Part shown: one piece after another, positions 58,498 through 64,000 of the stretch
Numbering within the stretch: position 1 is the first letter of the stretch
Layout: each line of letters starts with the position of its first letter
Assembly (NCBI GenBank): GCA_002633005.1
Contig: NMRA01000902.1
Span: 40,592-104,591 of the forward strand
Direction: 5' to 3'
DNA: 64,000 nucleotides
From: Phoronis australis
Lineage: Eukaryota; Animalia; Phoronida
Notes under the pieces: model-generated
Seen by the model: the letters and a program-made list of their open reading frames with translations, nothing else
Database searches by the model: none
What the model was told of the DNA's origin: nothing
Position numbers and translations under genes: made by a program

Positions 58498-61400
58498 TAT
58501 TCATTTGGCATGTTGACTTACGCTAGTGTGCTGAAATTGAAAAGAATTCCTTGAAAAACGTAAGAAATATAACATTTTGAACGTTACATGACCTTTGCAC
58601 TAATTGACCTTATCCGGTGCATTTTAAACATCTTTAGGAGAATTATTGCAAAGCCCATGGAAAATGTGTTTAACGCTGAGAATCACAGTTGTCTAACGGT
58701 TGACACATCAGAATACTTGCTGATTGAAAAGGTCAAATTTTCAGAAGAAAAATGCACCTAATGACACCATGTTTGCACTAAATGACCTGAAACTTTGGAT
58801 TCCGATTTGATTTGCCTGTGGCAATCAGACCTGTCAATTTGAAGTGTCTAGCTCAAAATTTTAGTTTGCACCTAATGACCTTTGATCTATTTCACCTGAT
58901 TGGATGACCCGTGTACTTAGAAAAGTAATTTTTTTAAATTGTCATGCTGACTTATACCTGTGCACCGAGTTTGAAAAAGATAGCTTTAAAACTGAAGGAG
59001 GAGTAGCATTTTGAAAATTATATGACCTTTGCACCAAACGACCTCTTCCGGTGCAATATGGAATATGATTATATAACCAATCAAAATTTATGTACTGTGA
59101 AAAATCATATGCTGAATTTAAAGACCGTACTTGCACCCAATTTGGAGTTATTAAGTGTCAAAGTTGGTTGGAAGAAGAATAAGAAGAATAAGAATAAGAA
59201 TAAGAATAAGAATAAAATTGAAGAAAACCCAGGAACAACAGTACTCTGCGCTTACACGCGCAGAGTAACTAGAAAGATTATTGTCACGGCGTGACAATAA
59301 CGGACTCTGCGCGTGCGTATTACCGGAATTATTATGGGAAGTTACTGACAGCAACCCGTTTACCAATATGAAAAGGGATTCTTTAAAATTGTGGGAGAAA
59401 TTAAATATTAATTTTTTTGATGACCTTTCCACTAATTGACCTCTTCCGGTGCATTATGAACCCCGATGAGGGAGTAATTGTTAATTCGATTAAAAGTGTG
59501 CTTAATGCTAAAAATCACAGATGTTTTACTTTAAGCACTTCAGAATACAAGATGAATGAATTGGTCAAACTTTCAAAAGAAAAATGCAACTAATGACCCC
59601 ATGGGTGCACCAAATGACCTGAAAATTTAGAATTCAAACTCAATCGCACTTAGTAAACAGATATGTAATTTTGAAGTCTCTAGCACAAAATTTTAGTTTG
59701 CATTCAATGGTCTTTGACCTATTTTTTCTGATTGGTTAAGCCTATTGCGAAGTAAAGTAGGGTATTCAATTGGCATGTTGACTTACACCAGTGTGCTGAA
59801 ATTGAAAAGAATTCCTTGAAAAACGTAAGAGATACAACATTTTGAACGTTACATGACCTTTGCACTAATTGACCCTATCCGGTGCATTATAAGCGTCTTT
59901 AGGAGAATTATTGCAAAGCCCATGGAAAATGTGTTTAATGCTGAGAATCACAGTTGTCTAACGGTTGACACATCAGTATACTTGCTGATTGAAAAGGTCA
60001 AATTTTCAGAAGAAAAATGCACCTAATGACCCCATGTTTGCACTAAATGACCTGAAACTTTGGATTCCGATTTGATTTACCTGTGGCAATCAGACCTGTC
60101 AATTTGAAGTGTCTAGCTCAAAATTTTAGTTTGCACCTAATGACCTTTGACCCATTTCACCTGATTGGATGACCCGATTACTTAGAAAAGTAATTTTTTA
60201 AATTGTCATGTTGATTTATACCTGTGCACCGAATTTGATAAAGATAGCTTTAAAACTGAAGGAGGAGTAGCATTTTGAAAATTATATGACCTTTGCACCA
60301 AACGACCTCTTGCAGTGCCATATGGAATATGATTATATAACAAATCAAAATTTATATACTGTCAAAAGTCATATGCTGAATTTAAAGACCGTACTTGCAC
60401 CCAATTTGGAGTTATTAAGTGTCAAAGTTGGTTGGAAGAAAAATAAGAAGAATAAGAATAAGAATAAGAATAAAATTGAAGAAAACCCAGGAACAACAGT
60501 ACTCTGCGCTTACACGCGCAGAGTAACTAGAAAGATTATTGTCACGGCGTGACAATAACGGACTCTGCGCGTGCGTATTACCGGAATTATTATGGGAAGT
60601 TACTGACAGCAACCCGTTTACCAATATGAAAAGGGATTCTTTAAAATTGTGGGAGAAATTAAATATTAATTTTTTTGATGACCTTTCCACTAATTGACCT
60701 CTTCCGGTGCATTATGAACCCCGATGAGGGAGTAATTGTTAATTCGATTAAAAGTGTGCTTAATGCTAAAAATCACAGATGTTTTACTTTAAGCACTTCA
60801 GAATACAAGATGAATGAATTGGTCAAACTTTCAAAAGAAAAATGCAACTAATGACCCCATGGGTGCACCAAATGACCTGAAAATTTAGAATTCAAACTCA
60901 ATCGCACTTAGTAAACAGATATGTAATTTTGAAGTCTCTAGCTCAAAATTTTAGTTTGCACTCAATGGTCTTTGACCTATTTTTTCTGATTGGTTAAGCC
61001 TATTGCGAAGTAAAGTAGGGTATTCAATTGGCATGTTGACTTACACCAGTGTGCTGAAATTGAAAAGAATTCCATGAAAAACGTAAGAGATACAACATTT
61101 TGAACGTTACATGACCTTTGCACTAATTGACCCTATCCGGTGCATTATAAGCGACTTTAGGAGAATTATTGCAAAGCCCATGGAAAATGTGTTTAATGCT
61201 CAGAATTACAGTTGTCTACCGGTTGACGCATCAGAATATTTGCTGATTGAAAAGTTCAAATTTTCAGAAGAAAAATGCACCTAATGACCCCATGTTCGCA
61301 CTAAATGACCTGAAACTTTGGATTCCGAATTGAATTACCTGTGCCAATCAGACCTGTCAATTTGAAGTGTCTAGCTCAAAACTTTAGTTTGCACATATTG

Positions 61401-63380
61401 ACCTTTGACCTATTTCACCTGATTGGATGACCCGATTACTTAGAAAAGTAATTTTTTAAATTGCCTTCTTGACTTATACCAGTGCACCCAATTTGAAGAG
61501 AATAGCTTTAAAAATGAAGGAGTAGCATTTTGAAAATTACATGACCTTTGCACCAAATGACCTCTTCCGGCGCAATATGGAATATGATTATATAACGAAT
61601 CAAAATTTATGTACTGTAAAAAATGGCATGCAGAATTTAAACAGTATACCTACACCCAACTTGGAGTTATTAAGCCTCAAATTTGGTCAGAAGAAGAATA
61701 TGAAGAAGTAGAAAGATTATTGTCACGGCGTGACAATAGCGGACTCTGCGCGAGCGTATTACTGGAATTATTATGGGAAGTTACTGACAGCAACCCGTTT
61801 ACCAATATGAAAAGGAATTCTTTAAAATTGTAGGAGAAATTACATATTAATTTTTTGATGACCTTTCCACTAATTGACCTCTTCCGGTGCAATATAAGCC
61901 CCGATGAGGGAGTAATTGTTAACTCGATTAAAAGTGTGGTTAATGCTATTAATCACAGAAGTTTTACTTTAAGCACTTCAGAATACAAGATGAATGAAGT
62001 GGTCAAACTTTCAAAAGAAAAATGCAACTAATGACCCCATGGGTGCACCAAATGAACTGAAAATTTAGAATTCAAACTCAATCGCACTTAGTAAACAGAT
62101 ACGAAATTCTGAAGTCTCTAGCTCAAAATTTTAGTTTGCACTCAATGACCTTTGACCTATTTTTTCTGATTGGTTAGGCCTATTGCAAAGTAAAGTAGGG
62201 TATTCAATTGGCATGTTGACTTACACCAGTGTGCTGAAATTGAAAAGAATTCCTTGAAAAACCTAAGTCGTATAACATTTTGAACGTTACATGACCTTTG
62301 CACTAATTGACCTTATCCAGTGCATTTTAGGCACCTTTAGGAGAATTATTGCAAAGCCCATGGAAAATGTGTTTAACGCTGAGAATCACAGTTGCCTAAC
62401 AGTTGACACATCAGAATACTTGCTGATTGAAAAGGTCAAATTTTCAGAAGAAAAATGCACCTAATGACCCCATGTTTGCACTAAATGACCTGAAACTTTC
62501 GATTCCGATTTGATTTACCTGTGGCAATCAGACCTGTCAATTTGAAGTGTCTAGCTCAAAATTTTAGTTTGCACCTAATGACCTTTGACCCATTTCACCT
62601 GATTGGATGACCCGATTACTTAGAAAAGTAATTTCTTAAATTGTCATGTTGACATATACCTGTGCACCGAATTTGAAAAAGATAGCTTTTTAAAGCTATC
62701 TTAAAAAACTGAAGGAGTAGCATTTTAATATTATATGACCTTTGCACCAAACGACCCCTTCCGGTGCAATATGGAATATGATTATATAACCAATCAAAAT
62801 TTATGTACTGTCAAAAGTAATACGCTGAATTTAAAGACCGTACCTGCACCCAATTTGGAGTTATTAAGCCTCAAAGTTGGTCGGAAGAAGAATAAGAATA
62901 AGAAGAATAAAAATTAAATTGAAGAAAACCCAGGAACAACAGTACTCTGCGCTTACACGCGCAGAGTAATAAGAAGAATAAAATTGAAGAAAACCCAGGA
63001 ACAACAGTACTCTGCGCTTGTACGCGCAGAGTAATAAAATTGAAGAAAACCCAGGAACAACAGTACTCTGCGCTTACACGCGCAGAGTAATAAAATTGAA
63101 GAAAACCCAGGTACAACAGTACTCTGCGCTTACACGCACAGAGTAATAAAATTGAAGAAAACCCAGGAACAACAGTACTCTGCGCTTACACGCGCAGAGT
63201 AATAAAATTGAAGAAAACCCAGGAACAACAGTACTCTGTGCTTACACGCGCAGAGTAATAAGAAGAATAAAATTTGATTAAAACCCAGGAACAACAGTAC
63301 TCTGCGCTTACACGCGCAGAGTAATAAAATTGAAGAAAACCCAGGGACAACAGTACTCTGCGCCTACACGCGCAGAGTAA
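58498..63380 (+). mobile_element. Head-to-tail array of non-autonomous Helentron-like (HINE) elements, about 1.26-kb unit
   Basis: Unit starts at 59268, 60526 and about 61709 (period 1258 for the first pair). Unit layout: 5' hairpin TATTGTCACGGCGTGACAATA, diverged ~433-bp core subrepeats, (AAGAAT)n, 3' hairpin TACTCTGCGC-TTACAC-GCGCAGAGTA. The repeat itself is certain; the Helentron assignment is inferred from architecture. Confidence 0.75.
62915..63380 (+). repeat. Eight tandem copies of a 56-bp hairpin-containing terminal unit
   Basis: TAAAATTGAAGAAAACCCAGGAACAACAGTACTCTGCGCTTACACGCGCAGAGTAA repeats at, e.g., 63035, 63091, 63147 and 63203. Confidence 0.95.
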
Positions 63381-64000
63381 TAACATGGTGACAGCGTATG
63401 TGAAACTCATCACAGAACCCAGAGCCATGGCAATTTAAAGGACATTTACCGCCAGTGGAGAATTAAACACATTTGATGTGCAACCAGCAACCAACAGCAA
63501 AGCTGATATATAGTATCTTTGCCAACGGTGGCAGTGGCAGCTGTGACCTGATCCTGCAATGTAGTGTTCGTAACCAGCTGGATAAATGCTGTGGGGTAAG
63601 AAAACAATGAAAAAGAGTTCATCACTTGATTTATTATACAATAATCACGTCTAAACTAGTACACTGCTAATCGGATCCGAGTTCAGATCTAAAGTAGTAC
63701 AGTGTTAATCAGGTATTTAAATTTAGTACCTGTCAGCAGTTCCATTCACCGTCTGTTGTGCTATGTTACTGCCTCCGTCTACATTATCTGCTGGGTCTCT
63801 TCGGCTCAAACTATTCATGGTTGTCTTTAGCTTTGTCGGTCCATTTCCGTATTTCAAACGTGCCTTTGTTCTCTACTCCTTGCGCTGGGTTCATTTTCAC
63901 CTTCTGCGAGACAAATTCCGGTCTTTATTGGGAAAAGTATGCCTGGGCCCGTTCTCCAATCTTTTTACTCGAAATGGAACTCGAAATTAGGTTTGGCATT

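Noticed and set aside
59022-62917. Repeated 60-90-aa ORFs as a tandem gene family
   Set aside because: They are by-products of the non-coding tandem array, run through microsatellites, and differ by indels.
62915-63380. CRISPR-like array of hairpin repeats
   Set aside because: Units are contiguous with no unique spacers, there are no cas genes, the context is eukaryotic, and the unit is the terminus of the adjacent element.

Overview
AT-rich, intron-rich animal genomic DNA. A lophotrochozoan or mollusc-like invertebrate is inferred from the repeat families, but the species is not proven. Two protein-coding genes lie on the minus strand. (1) A complete RFX6 orthologue, assembled by hand from 20 GT-AG exons (36560 down to 4197; 2595 nt, 864 aa plus stop; phases consistent throughout). 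(2) The last three exons (50823 down to 47644) of a divergent SLC1/EAAT-family transporter whose ion-coupling residues are unusually substituted (NMDGT to NADGS, proton-carrier Glu to Ile, Na1 Asp to His). The rest is introns and intergenic DNA packed with decayed mobile elements: a Gypsy gag-pol relic, three LINE relics, a HERO/NeSL-type RLE retroposon 3' end, an internally deleted Kolobok element, MITEs with 5-bp TSDs, tRNA-derived SINE heads, a Helentron-type (HINE) element carrying periodic CTCF-like motifs, and a 4.9-kb head-to-tail HINE array ending in eight copies of its terminal hairpin. Almost all ORFs in the supplied track are exon fragments, antisense shadows or microsatellite artefacts. 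All calls are by eye and from recalled motifs; no searches were run.
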